DNA of 64,000 bases from Amphiscolops sp. MND2022 (Eukaryota), in the NCBI GenBank assembly GCA_964187785.1, contig OZ076410.1, positions 74,028,001-74,092,000 of the forward strand, given 5' to 3'. Both the position numbers and the translations under genes were made by a program. The notes under the pieces are model-generated. The model saw only the letters and a program-made list of their open reading frames with translations. It did not search any database and had not been told where the DNA came from. Of this stretch, positions 12,300-24,779 are shown one piece after another; within the stretch, counting starts at the first letter, position 1; every line of letters begins with the position of its first letter.

Positions 12300-15200
12300 G
12301 GACCTCTTTCAAGTAGCCATGATGGCTAAACATTCCATTTCCATCACTGAGTTAACAAGAGAAGTAACACAGCAGACTCTCAAGGTTAGGACATTACCGG
12401 GGGATATTGACGAAGAACCTGCAAACAAAAAGGTAATCGGCTTGATTTACTTCTCATTGGGTGAGGCTGCCAAAAATAAATATAAGCATAAGCACCCACG
12501 CGCAGTCTCATGGGATCTGAAAGCTTAACAGCTGATAATTTTGTGTAATGAATGATTTCGAAACAATAAGAGAAATAGAATTTTAGACCGTCATCGATCT
12601 TTTTTCAGGCTTCAACAACCTCAACCTGATGAAGCATTATTTCATTTCTGACATGCATCAAATGGTTTGGCGGCGATGTGGGACTTCGGGGATATTACAA
12701 CAACCCTTGACAGGTTCTTGACAGGAGTATATTACACATGAGTAATAGAAAAGTACGATTAAAGCTTTGTACTGAGCCCAAGGAACCCGACTAAGCTATG
12801 GAGTTCGCCACCGCATTTGAGGAGCGGGTGAAATGACAAAAAGCTTTTGGCGCGCAAGCAAGTGAACCTACAAAAATAGTTGTGAAAAGTGAACTGGTTT
12901 TTGCCGTGGAATAGACTAACCTCAGGGAATGTTACAGATGTGGGGAGGCGAAGTTCACGATGGAGCATGTAAATTTCTGTATGGCCACAAACCATTTTTG
13001 AAGATTTTTTGAAATAATTGGGCACGTGGAAAAATGTTGCAATGAGAAGTTCCCACAAAAGCACAAGAAAATGGTCCAACGACTGAAGAAACGGGATAAT
13101 GCGAAAACTATGCGAAGAGTCAATTTCATTGGAGAATCTGACAAAGAAGAAGAATCCAAAGAAGAACAACTAGTGTTACGAGTAGACAGGGAAGGCAGCA
13201 AGCCGTTTCATATGGAAAGGACCATGGGCGTAAGTTATTTCTGAGCGATTATCGATACTGCCTCCCCAGTCTTTTCATTCACGAAGTGCGACCTACAAAA
13301 AATCGTCGGAGAAGGAAAAGTGGTAATTCGCAAAATAATCGACGGCACACGCTACGTCGATTACAAGAAGAAGCAATTGGAGCTACTTGGTTACCGATTA
13401 GTGCGACTTGAGGTAACTTGTTTAACCGTGCCAAAAGCCCGAGTGTTACCTGCTCCTAACTCCGGAAAAGCAATCGTGGGGCGTGATTGGCTAGCTGCTC
13501 TCCGCTACAGTATCACTCAGCCATTAAAAGAGGTGAATGCAAAGTAGACATGCAAGCTGTAAACTGTAAAGAAACATACTATTAGATAAGTCCAGAACAA
13601 AAGCAAAGTCCCGAGGTTCAGCAAATATTACACGAATTTCTAAAAATGTTTAAACGAAAGGGTCGTTTGAAAAATTGCGAAATCAAAATTGAAAATGACC
13701 ATGCCGTAAAGATTACCCATCAAAAAGCCGCAGAAAATCATTTCAATTACAAAACTAAGTGGACAAAGAAACTGAAAAGCTGTTAAAAGAGGAGCAGATT
13801 GAGAAAATTGATGAAATTGAAGATGACATGTTTTTTCAACCAACAGTAATTACCGTAAAAAAAGATAAGTGGAAAATGCTCTATACTCGAGGGTGCTAAA
13901 TAAGTCTTTAGCTAAAGATAAAAACAGATGCCTACTTCAGATACTTCATTTGACATGATTGTCGAGAAATTAGACGAAAAAGAAGGGGAGGCCTTGTATT
14001 CATCTGTAGAAATGATATACGCATATGGACAATTTCCATTACAAGGGATAACCAAAGCACATTGCAATTTTCAAATTGTTGGGCGAATATCGACCTAGGA
14101 CCCACCGCTTCACAACTAGTTTTTTCGGCCTTACAGTGATGCCTACCGAATATCGAACTTTGATGAACCTCGCAAATATAAAATGTCTCATCTTGTATAT
14201 AGATGACACAATTGTAACAGAAGGAACTAAGCATGCTCTTTTGTACAAAGTGAGGGAGGTAATGAAGATTTTTGATGAAGCAAATATACAGTTAAAAGCA
14301 GAGAAACGCATGATCACACAGGAAAGTATAGAAAGGCTGGGGTACATATTAACGCGAACTTGCAAATCCCCGATTAATTCGAAAGCCCAGGGAATAGACG
14401 ATAGATTGCGACCGCCTAATTTGAAACAACGACGCACTAATTCTAGGAGCAGTCAATCAATTCAACAAGTTTATACCAAACCTTGCGGCAAGGAGTTTTC
14501 CGCTTAGAACAATCATGAAAAAATGCTGGTTCGAATTCAAACCAAAAACACGAAAAAGCTTTTGTGAAAATTATCGTTGATGTTAAAAAGGCTGCCGAAC
14601 TGTCACACTTTAAAAAAAACAAAGAAATTGGAACAGTTTGCGATGCTATCAAACAAGGTCAATATGGTTCGCGTCGAAGTTTTTACCTGTTTTCGAAGCA
14701 AAAGATTACATAAAAGATTTAGAACTATTGACTATAGTCTTGGCGGTTTAACAGTTTAAAAATTACGTAAGCGGTGTACAGTTTGAAGTGAATTCAGATC
14801 ATAAAGCGTTGATGTTAGTATTAAAACCGAATAGGGGAAAGAAATCATTTTACAGCAGATTGACAAGATGGGTAGACCGATTGCCCCCATTTGAATTTGA
14901 AGTTTTGCACATGGCAGGGTGAACATTAGGTAGGGGACCAACCTTTCCAGACAAGCCACAGAGCTACAAAGAGCTTCTGTAAAAGCAGAAACACTGTGGA
15001 ATGGATGGTTTACTGTGAATAGTGTAATTATTTTGAATGATGTTTTAGAAACCACTGAGACGTCAAGCGAGCAAGACAAGCCGGCAAAAAGAGTGAATGA
15101 AGGTATTACCGTCACTCGGATAAACAAACCTACCGAGAAGCAGCCAATGAGAAAACGGGACAAACGCAACCCACGGGAAACAAATAGGAGCTTTGCAGTA

Positions 15201-16100
15201 ATACCACTCGTAAGATGAGTCAAATCCCATCAATTGGGCTGGTTAACAGGCTGTTACCGGATAGATACGTCTATGATAAACTAATTCAGAACGTGATTAA
15301 CCTGGTAACAAGTTATAACAATGCCGTGGCGAGAAAAAATCCAATCGTTCTTCCTAGACGACAGAGCTTTTCTGTATTTGAACAACTGTCTAGTGATTCC
15401 CCAATCGATGCGAAAGATAATGTGCTCGCTACAATATGGCCATTCGACACTAGCGGCAATTCGATGTTATCAATGATAGCAGCTGTTTGATGGCTCCGCA
15501 TCCACCGCGAGGTCATTGATCAAGCGAGGCTATGTGAATAGTGTCTCCAATCAGGTAAGAACCTAAGTTTACTTTGAGAAAAAACAAACAAGAAAAATAC
15601 AGGAAGCAAACGAGGAAGTAGCGCTAGATTTCACTGGTCTGTTCCAGAATGCGAAGAAAGGAGAAAGGTATTTGCTGGTGTTCGAGACGTCTTTTCCGGC
15701 TGGCCGTAGGCAAAAGTTTTACACCGCATCTTCCAAAATCGGAAAAGTATTGGAATTTTTAGATCGATACTTCGCGCAAAATGGAGTCCCAACAAAAAAA
15801 CGGATCCTGGGAGAATTCTTATGAGTGAAGTATTAACAGGGTTTTGTAAACAGTTCGGAATAAAGCATATAACGTGTCCGATGAGAGATCATAGCGGGAA
15901 CGGAAAAAAATGAACCGCTCATTAGAACGATAAATGAAGGACTGCAAGCTAACAAGCTAATAATCTTAACGAAATACAAGTCTAGATTATCAGTATTCTG
16001 TTTGCGTTAAGAGAAAGTGAGAAGAAAGATAGCTGTTCGCCTTTCGAAAAACAAATGGGAATAGGCCGAACACAGAGAAAACAAAGTTAGTGAAAATGTT
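12300..16100 (+). pseudogene. Gypsy gag-pol remnant
   Basis: Gag MAKHSISITELTRE... Zn knuckle CYRCG (about 12935). Protease IIDTASP. RT YIDDTIV (14076-14507 ORF). RNase H DHKAL...RLTRWVDRL. Integrase ALDFTG...YLLV and PMRDHSGNG. Heavily frameshifted. Confidence 0.85.
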
Positions 16101-16905
16101 AGCGGATATTTCAGCACATGACACTGAAATGGAATTTCAATTGTCCAACTTCCACGACGAACCGGATTCGACGATGCTGGTCAAGGAGAGAGCTAAGTGG
16201 TGAATGAAAGCTGGAGCCGGTATTCGCCAAAAAGACGGGAAAAATTATGAAGGAGACAGCCCACACTTTTGCAATACTACCAGAGTCTTCCCAAAAGATA
16301 ATGACATTCCCTAAGAGGGACGTGGTGAATGCTACAAAAGGGCAAAAAGAACAACTAGGAAAGACAAAGAGAGAAAGAGCAATCGTATCAGAATTAACCA
16401 GCTCAAGCGAAAACGAAGAACAGGCCAAAACAAGAAAGAAGCAAAAAGAAAAGGCGCGGACCCCAGAGCTGGCATTTGACTACGAGGAAGAAACACGCTC
16501 CTCTACGATCGAAATCTCATCCAATACCACGGAAGCCGGTGAGGAGAGAAAAGAGGTAGCCAAGCCAAATCAAGCGTTTGAAAAAGAAGAATGGAAAGAA
16601 TATTACACCAAAAATGCGCACATCCCTTAAATAGAAGAAACTGCGAGGAATGCTGATAAGAAGATGCCGATGAGAACCCTTGAAAGAAGACAAGTCCCTA
16701 CAAAAAGACTCTGCATAGATTTGATGAAGATTGACAAGAAACGAGAAGCCGCTGAAGAAAAGAACAGCAAGTATTGAGCTGAACAAATCATTTTAAACAT
16801 TGTGTTAATTTTACATTCAAACTAATACGCGAACTGTTTATTAATTGGAAGTGTGTTGTATTAATGATGGCTGTATACTTGTTCCTCGAAATCTAAGCGG
16901 GGGAA

Positions 16906-17120
16906 TGCAGTAGATAGTGAATGATGAAAGGAACAAGAGTGTAAATTGTTAGTGAACAAATACCTGTACCTTGCTTGAATCTCAAACCTATTTGAGATTC
17001 ATTTTGCGTTTGCCTTTTTAAAAAGAGACATTACGATAACACATCAAATTCTTCATCAATTATTCTTTACAATTATCCTCCAATTCGTATTCTATTAGTT
17101 TCTTGAGCTCCGTGTTAACA
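16906..17120 (+). repeat. Gypsy 3' LTR (215 bp)
   Basis: Follows the PPT; TG...CA termini; matches the rejoined 5' LTR. Confidence 0.9.
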
Positions 17121-19340
17121 GACGCGGATGCAGAGTGCTGCTAGAAGAAACTTCACCAGTACACTGTAACCGGACAAAGACTGAATCATGGAGGATAACA
17201 TATATGGAACCCTACGAAAACAAAAATAAACAAAACAGTTGGAAAAGAATAGAAAATGAAAAAGTAGAACATCATGCTTACTGAAAACTAAATGATATGT
17301 GACAGCACTTACAATTTGAGCAAAGGTATAGCCGCCCACGTAACTCCTCGAAGGTGGAAAATCTTGATACTGGTGAGAAGTTTACTGCTAAAGAATTACA
17401 ACATCCTAACCAAAAAATAACCAAATGTCAAAAACCGGCGGACTAGCATTCACAAAGAACACAAATAATTTTTGCTCCTGAGCATTTTGATATGGCATTC
17501 ATTATCCATCTAACTGAAGCTTGACGACGTAGATGACACAAACTAGGAGACACCAACTTTGTCAGCCATTTTTAAGGAACCAGGAACAGTCAAAGTTGAA
17601 GTGAAGAAGTGGGAAAACTTCATCTTTGAGCAAATGAGTCAAAGTTTCGAAGACTTTTTAGAACAGTACTAAATGTTGGCCTAGAACAGTACTGGAACAG
17701 GACCAAAATGCCAATACACCTGGAACGAGTCCTAAACCGAGCTCGACTTGAAACCGAGTCTTATAGCATCTCCCTAACTTGGATCCACCAGATAGAAATG
17801 ATCCAACAACAGGTACTAAAACAAAACACTAAAGTCACTGGTCCATACTTTGGATTTGGGTCACCTGCTCAGAAATTGTCGAAAGACAAACAAGGAGAAA
17901 GAAACACAGAGAGCACAAAAGAGTGTCAACAACCCCTGTGACACCTGTTAAAAACAAAGCCACGAGACCAAATATTGTTTCTTTGGCGCGAACTTGTCAA
18001 AGCGCCCAGCATGTTGAAAAAAACCAAAAGCTACTTTTCCGAATAACATCCCCAAAGCAACGCCGCAAAATCCATCGTCCACCCAACAGCCTCAAACATT
18101 GGCACCAACTACCATGCAAAAAACTAGTAACGCCACTAGAAGGATCACGTGAACTATCGATACTACACAGTCTCAGAACTCTCGAAGAATGTTGATTCGG
18201 AAATGTACGTGGAATGCCTCTGAGAACCATCTACCTACTGGCAGTGGAGATCCCTCATCTGAAAAATCATTTAAAAAACATTACAAGAACAATGTCGAAA
18301 AGATAAACTATCTAGAATAGTTTACAGAAAATCCTACAATGTGCAACTCTGCTCGACGCCCCTTCCTACCCAGCACCTTCCCGGAAACCTACATAACGAT
18401 CCCGATTACGACAATATCCGTACCACAACCCAAGAAATACGAACGATCCAGTAAAACTGACATTCAAACAGACAATTAAGGTGTCGTTCTACGAATTCGC
18501 AGAAAAGACCAACTTGAATATCCAACAACTACGAGACAACCGACGACATCAATCAGACTCCCGCACAAAATGCCGATGAGCATGACCCAGAGATAGTGGT
18601 GATAGAAGCGCCCCCCTCCCCCCAATATAGGTATCAAACCGATCCCCGAAGCCACCGTGAATACGTCAATGGCCAAAACAGTCACCCCAGTAAGTACTGG
18701 CTCATACAGAGGAAACTCGGGCCACCATGATGTCGTCAAGATCAACACGCAAAACCTCGAACGCCCAAACGAACAAAGGCAGTAGTTCGAATTACCTCGA
18801 ACGTGCAGCATCAGAAGCAAAGCCAGGGAGGTACCCTCACTTCCAAAATTAGAGAAATCAAAAGAGCCCTCACATTTGAATTGGCACCTCAAAAAACTTC
18901 CCCAGGCTTTGACAACAAACCTGAGGGCCGTCGCACAACAACTGACTCAAATACCCAGCAACAGTCAGCCGAGCAAGATAGCGACTGGCAGTACTCAATA
19001 AACCAACTCAGCGACTTTATCACTGAAGGTCCCAATCTTCGCAGCAATCACGTTCAATAAGAAAAAATGGACGCCCTACGCACCAATTGAGTTCAATATT
19101 TCTCGATCGATACTTTGATTTACTCACGAGGACCAGTCAACTGTCAACATGAGATTGAGAACGTGAAAAGTAAATCAAAGAGTCCTCACAACCTCAATAA
19201 ACAAGTGGAGCCACCCAATGTTAAACTCCCAAAGTGGCAAATGGTGACACTGAGGCCCACAAAAAGAACAGTCCAACTACCGGTAGACACAAAAGTCAAA
19301 AAAGCAAAATTTCCTCGAAACTCAGGCAGAATAACAGGCT
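17121..19340 (+). pseudogene. Highly decayed retroelement gag/protease-like region (older target of the Gypsy insertion)
   Basis: Strong A/C strand bias and Pro/Gln/Thr-rich broken ORFs. IDTLIYSRGPVNC near 19100 resembles a decayed aspartic-protease LIDSG motif. Weak evidence. Confidence 0.3.
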
Positions 19341-20609
19341 TTTGTTTTGAACAAAAACAAAAACCGCAAAAGTTGGTAGGTACAGATATCTTCGCTAGTT
19401 CTTGCCTTTTGGCTTTTTTGAAACCCATCATGCAACATCTCGTGAACAGTTTTCTAACAAAACTTGTTAAAGCCAATTTTCAACCCGATCTGTAACTTTT
19501 GAATTTACCACTTTTTTGGAAACGCCCTCCTTAATAATTTCACCACAAAATGCAAAATCTTAAGTTTTTACTCTGTAAAAGTGTTACTTTTATAAAATTA
19601 CAAGTGTTTTTGGCTGTTCATTTTTCAAGAAAGATTTTTCAGAGAAAGTGGTTAAGATAATAGTCAAGGCTAGCAAAATGTTCCAGGGGTTTTGTTCAGT
19701 AAAGTTCAAAATCTTCCAAAGATTCTCAAATTACAATATGATTTCATTTTTTATTTTGTTTTGATTTCAAAACAAAAACTACTCTTGCGCTTCAATTTTT
19801 CAGCAACTTTTGCAACTGAGACTTTTTTTGTAAAATGAGCACTCTGAAAGATTTAGCGCTTCAAAAAATTTCCTCAGCCAAATCGACTGTCTCTAGCTTT
19901 TTGGTACCTTAGTGTGCTTTACAGATTCCCAACGAAATGTACTTAACAAAAGCTACCTTTGCTGACTTCAGAACATTTTGTTGGTACATTTTGGACTCTC
20001 AAACGGCTGGTGGCCTAATTACTATTGTCTGCTAAGATGCCTGAGGACGAACAACGGAGGGATGTTTTGGAGGCATGGGCTGAAACCTCACAAGAGGAAG
20101 ACTCACAGAGCCGTCAGCTCTGTAGCTGTAGTGCTTCGAGCTACACCTCATACAGGAAGCAATACGAATAATGTTTCAAAAAGCAGAACGAGCCAATCAG
20201 AAGTGCGCATACTCGTTACCTCAGACATGATACCGCCATCTTTATTATCTTGCGCGAGTGGATTTATCATGGCGAAGAAAAAGAACGGAGGGCTGCGATT
20301 TCAGCAGAAAAAATGCATATCCTCTACCCACACTGATGAAAACATTGCGTGTGTGAGCAAAGTAGGAGCGAAAATGCGAGCGAAAGACCGTTTCCCGAGG
20401 AGGCAGTTTGGTAATGTCCCATATTGATGATACTGTGATCGTCACTACGGGTATTGAGGATCATATTGCTCTGAGAGGTATCCAAGTGTTTGCGAGAGGT
20501 GGAATTCAAAATGAGAGTAGCTACATGTGAACTCATGAAATTTCGTTGAATGAATAACGCCGCATGCGGAAGCCCTGTCAAAATTCCGTTGACTTGGAAC
20601 TACTCGAGC

Positions 20610-20613
<4 letters not shown>

Positions 20614-20665
<52 letters not shown>
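20614..20665. repeat. (AG)n microsatellite
   Basis: About 52 bp of AG repeats with one interruption. Confidence 0.98.
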
Positions 20666-22043
20666 TGTGAATGGCATTATAAACCTATTAATTGCCAGAA
20701 CTGAGATGTCGTTCATAAGTGTATCAACACAGAGTTTTTGCAAGAAAATGTGCGTGCCATCGACCGAAATTACTATAAACAAAAATCGTTTGTTGTTCTT
20801 CTTAAATATATTATAGGATCCGAAGAGTCGAGTATCCTGTCATCAGCGACTTCTACGTCAGCGTCCTTGTTTGACTTTCTAACAAGCTGGAACGTTAGTT
20901 CAAAGCTCACGATGCCAACGAAAATCAAGGCCTAAGTGTTGTCTAGAAAACGAGAACGGCATCAATGGCGTGGTTTCAGCTTTAGTGTGCGTCAATACAT
21001 AGGGCGATCCCTATCCTCTCAACAGGTGCGTGATCGCCGTAGGACGAACGAATCAATCAAAAAACTATCAAAAGTAGATTTTTTGACGAGCTGGTGCAAA
21101 ACAATCACCTGAAAGTCTGTTTCTTCAAAAACGGAACACAAGAAAACTCGCCTCAGTTTTCAAAAATTGCTGAAGCTGTGACCACCTCGAGACTACTCTT
21201 CCAAATGTTCGTTGCCTGATACCGAACATCAACTCCAATGCAGACGGACAATGACCCGAATTTAACGGTGGAAGTGTCCAACTAGTTCATTAAGGCATCA
21301 CAATTGACCAGAATGGCATCCACTGCAGGTCATTAACGAACTCAAGTGTTGGTGGTACGATAACACCGACCCCCGTTCGTTGATATTGCTCCACGTTTCC
21401 TGCTCGCGAAGGATTCGTGAATAGGATGAATAGTTGGAGGAGGCAATGGGAAGTCTAACTTCTCACGTCACGCAATCACGGGTTTGTCACCTTTTATGCT
21501 GACCACAGGTAACAAAAAAGCAGTCACCCTAACGTCGTTACATCTTGAGTTCGTAACTAGATCTTTCAGTCACAGGAGACGTTTGTGAACCACAGCCTTG
21601 CTTGACAGCGAGAGTCTCTAGATTTTAGCAGTCTTCCAAGTTCGCGTCTCAGAAGCGGAACGTGTTTATATTCTAGACGGATATTGCTTTTTGCACGATT
21701 GAAACCACATCAAGTGGTACCTATTTGGTTATTAGCACTGCCCTTGTGATATAGTAGTGATATTGGATCAGGAGCCTGAGTGCTCACTGAACGAATGTAT
21801 TGATGACAACTCACACCCATCATTTAAAAGAACTCTTCAAATAAAATAGTCTTTATTTGATAGAAGATCGAATAAGTCTTCTTCAGAGGCGTCGAAAGCG
21901 TCGTTACTTTTAAGACGTCGTCAATGGATTGAAACTACGACCCGATTACGACCTTGTTTGTTACAAAGTGGCCGTCGCCTGCACTACCAATAGTTCGACT
22001 TTTCAACAATCGATGCAAGTAATAAACAACCTGGAGTAATGCT

Positions 22044-22914
22044 CCCAGGTTTTCGATCTTTGCGAATCTGTGCAGATCTGCAGGATTTTTCTGCAGGGTT
22101 CTGCAAAGATCGTTGCACTGAATCTTGAAGATCCATACAGATCTGCAAGATCTTTACAGAAGTGTGCAGATTTTCGTTAAAGATTTTTGCAGAAATATGT
22201 CTTTCTGCAGCTTCTAAGGAGCCAATGACTGCATTTTTGGACTTCTTTAACTACTTTATCAACTACTTTAGCTGACCAAGGCTCAGTCAGTTGATACTCT
22301 CGGACACTCAAAATTCTTGAGAAGAAACATTTGTCCCCATCACGGTAGTTATGGTGACTGGAGAATAAGTGTATTAGTTATACACCGTAATTTATCCATT
22401 TTACTTGAACTTTCCAGATGTGGTTGTTGAACTTTGAGAAGCTCGTTTGCCTCATTGACTTCGTTTTGACGGATGAAATTTGACATGTGGCAACCTTCTG
22501 GGTTGGTAGATGTGTTGATAAAGTGTTGTTGTTGTGATATTTCGGGAACATGGTTTGTTGGAGTAATTTTAATAATTTCTGGTAACTCGGAATACGTTAT
22601 AGTAATTTACTGTTCATTGTTTGGATCTGTAAAGATCTGTAAAGATCTGTAAAACTATACAGATCTGTACAGATTGCTGCAGAAAAATGTTTCATCATTT
22701 TGACATAAATGAGACTTCTCTCGAGTTTTAGACATTTTTATTATTCGTTTGACATCGCTGTTTGGGTTTTAGTGTGTTTCTGATAAGGTCATTTTTCTTC
22801 GAATCTGCACATATCTGCAAAGATCTGCAAAAATCCTGCAGATCTGCACATATCTGCAAAGATCTGCAAAAATCCTGCAGATCTGCACAGATTCGCAAAG
22901 ATCGAAAACCTGGG
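22044..22914. mobile_element. EnSpm/CACTA-like non-autonomous DNA transposon (MITE, 871 bp)
   Basis: Perfect 47-bp TIRs (22044-22090 and 22868-22914, starting CCCAGGTTTTCGATC). 2-bp TSD CT. Subterminal arrays of the GATCTG(C/T)A motif, including 39-bp tandem copies at about 22803-22890. Confidence 0.8.
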
Positions 22915-23102
22915 CTGCCAGACGCACCAGCACAAACCAGTGATGAATAAACGCTTGGAATTGCTCTGACTGCACGACAGGGAACAGAACTCCCTGAGAA
23001 TTCCGGTGCAGCTTTTTTCGGAGCACGCAAATGTCCCAGACACTTCTCCACTTCTTTCGAAACGCAAAGGACGGAAATCCGTTGGTTGGTTGCTGACGCA
23101 GA

Positions 23103-23452
23103 CAGTGACGCACATAATAGGACTGGGACAATGCTCAGGTTGCCTAGACATAAGACCATAGTCCTATAGCTAACCTAAACGTTAGTTTTTAGTCCCTAAA
23201 GGTCTCCTAGGGGACTTTTTCATACGTCTAAGGGGACTCCTCAAGCAAGAACTCCGTGGCGACAGTCGGCACACTCAAAGTCCGGACACGTCCCACAAGC
23301 CTGTAAAAACGTATCTCAGGGTTCCTGGGACTAAAACAGGTGTTTAGCAAAAGTACATTCTATTAGGTGAATAGTATCTAAAACGACCAAAATAAGGATC
23401 TATTAAATCCTGTACCTTGACCAATCTGTGAAACAACATTCAAAATATGGAA
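23103..23452 (+). repeat. Copy of the left arm of the TGTAAC fold-back family
   Basis: Closely matches 35200-35512, e.g. the identical block ACACGTCCCACAAGCCTGTAAAAACGTATCTCAGGGTTCCTGGGACTAAAACAGG. Lacks the TGTAAC tip. Confidence 0.85.
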
Positions 23453-24779
23453 ATCAATCAAATTGAGTACATTTCGCTCTCTCGTGGAGTTTTCAGGGTT
23501 TTTGGAGCAAACCTTCGAAGGGATACATCTTTCTTCTGGGTCTTCTGAATCATTTCTCTGGGTTAGACGGCACAACACAGTGCTTTCTTCCTCTCTGATG
23601 TATCCCTTTCCTCGTCTCTGGGGGGTGTTCCCCCTAGTTCTCTTGGTCTCTCTACCTTTTCTTGTCTTCCTGCCTGTTTTCATGTACCTGCTAGGTCGGC
23701 CATTTTGATTTTGTACATAGTCGCACATTTTCGAATTTTTCGTCGAAATTTTGTCATTGGTTATTGGACGTTACATCCTCTTCGGGTTGGTTGTAGTTTG
23801 ACGTCATTGGCAAACGAGAGAGAACGATACTTACCCAGTGGGCTTCAGGACACATAATAAGGACAATTTTACCACTTAATGACTAGAATTTGAACCTTCT
23901 AGCATGTTCTTGCAATGTTTCAGCAAATGTTTGAGGTGTTGAGCGATTAAATCAGTCAGATGAAGAAATCTTTTCACTTTTTTCAATTCCGTGTTAAAAT
24001 ATCTTTTTTGGCATGATACCTCGCGCGGCACTAGCAAAAACTGCAGTAATTGAGGAGCAATCTTCATTTTTCGACTTCAAGCAAGAAGGCACCAAGTTGG
24101 CACATACCTACTAGGTAGTATTACACAATGAACAATGGCACTCAAAGGGGGTACAATATGATCTTGAAATAGTGTTGCAAAACAGGTCAAAATATACCTG
24201 CGAAATGAATGGCACCAATACGATAACAAAAACATAAATCATCGAATCAAATCAGAAAGGAGAGTCCATTCAGTCCATTGTGCTCCGACGTGTGGTTGGG
24301 GATCCAATTCAGTCTCTGTGTTCATCTTGATTTCCGGGAGTTCTTTCATCGTCCATTCAAGTGTTTGAAGCTCGGGCAGAAGAATCATTTCAAAAGGCGA
24401 CGACCATGGACCGTGGGACTGAAACATATGACATCAGTCAGACAACAACCACGAAAATGCGCTTGGAACTGGTTGCGTCATTGGAAAATTTTACAGTTAT
24501 CACAGGTTGTCAATCGTTTAGAGGCTGGTGTTTTGAGTACCACTATGATTGAATTCATAATCGTCTACTATTATGAACGGTTTCACTATTCCTTAGTTGC
24601 TGACAGTAGTTAGTCGACGGTGATCTGAAGATCATTATGTCGATTTTTTGTCTTTACAGTCGGATCGCAGAATATTGCTCAGAATATTGAATGGTTAAAC
24701 TCTGAACAAAGTGAAAGGTTTATTAACTGTGAACAAATAAACCATAGTATACAGTGTCAACAAGTAGCACACTTGCTTG

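Larger units (their letters stand above)
7510..17120 (+). mobile_element. Ty3/Gypsy LTR retrotransposon (decayed) with a BEL/Pao element inserted in its 5' LTR
   Basis: 5' LTR split into 7510-7572 and 12017-12170. 3' LTR 16906-17120 (TG...CA, roughly 80% similar by eye). PBS TGGCGCTGCGAG at 12171. PPT AAGCGGGGGAA at 16895-16905. 5-bp TSD AACGC/GACGC (one mismatch). Internal gag, protease (IIDTASP near 13250), RT, RNase H and integrase remnants. Confidence 0.9.

Noticed and set aside
20550-20816. ORF containing REREREREER
   Set aside because: Translation of the (AG)n microsatellite; no other coding evidence.
20660-21950. Possible decayed transposase on the minus strand
   Set aside because: Coding-like composition, but no recognisable catalytic or Zn-finger motif in any frame.
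22728-23159. Four overlapping ORFs with repeated ICADLQDFCRSLQ-type peptides
   Set aside because: Products of the 39-bp subterminal repeats of the EnSpm-like MITE.
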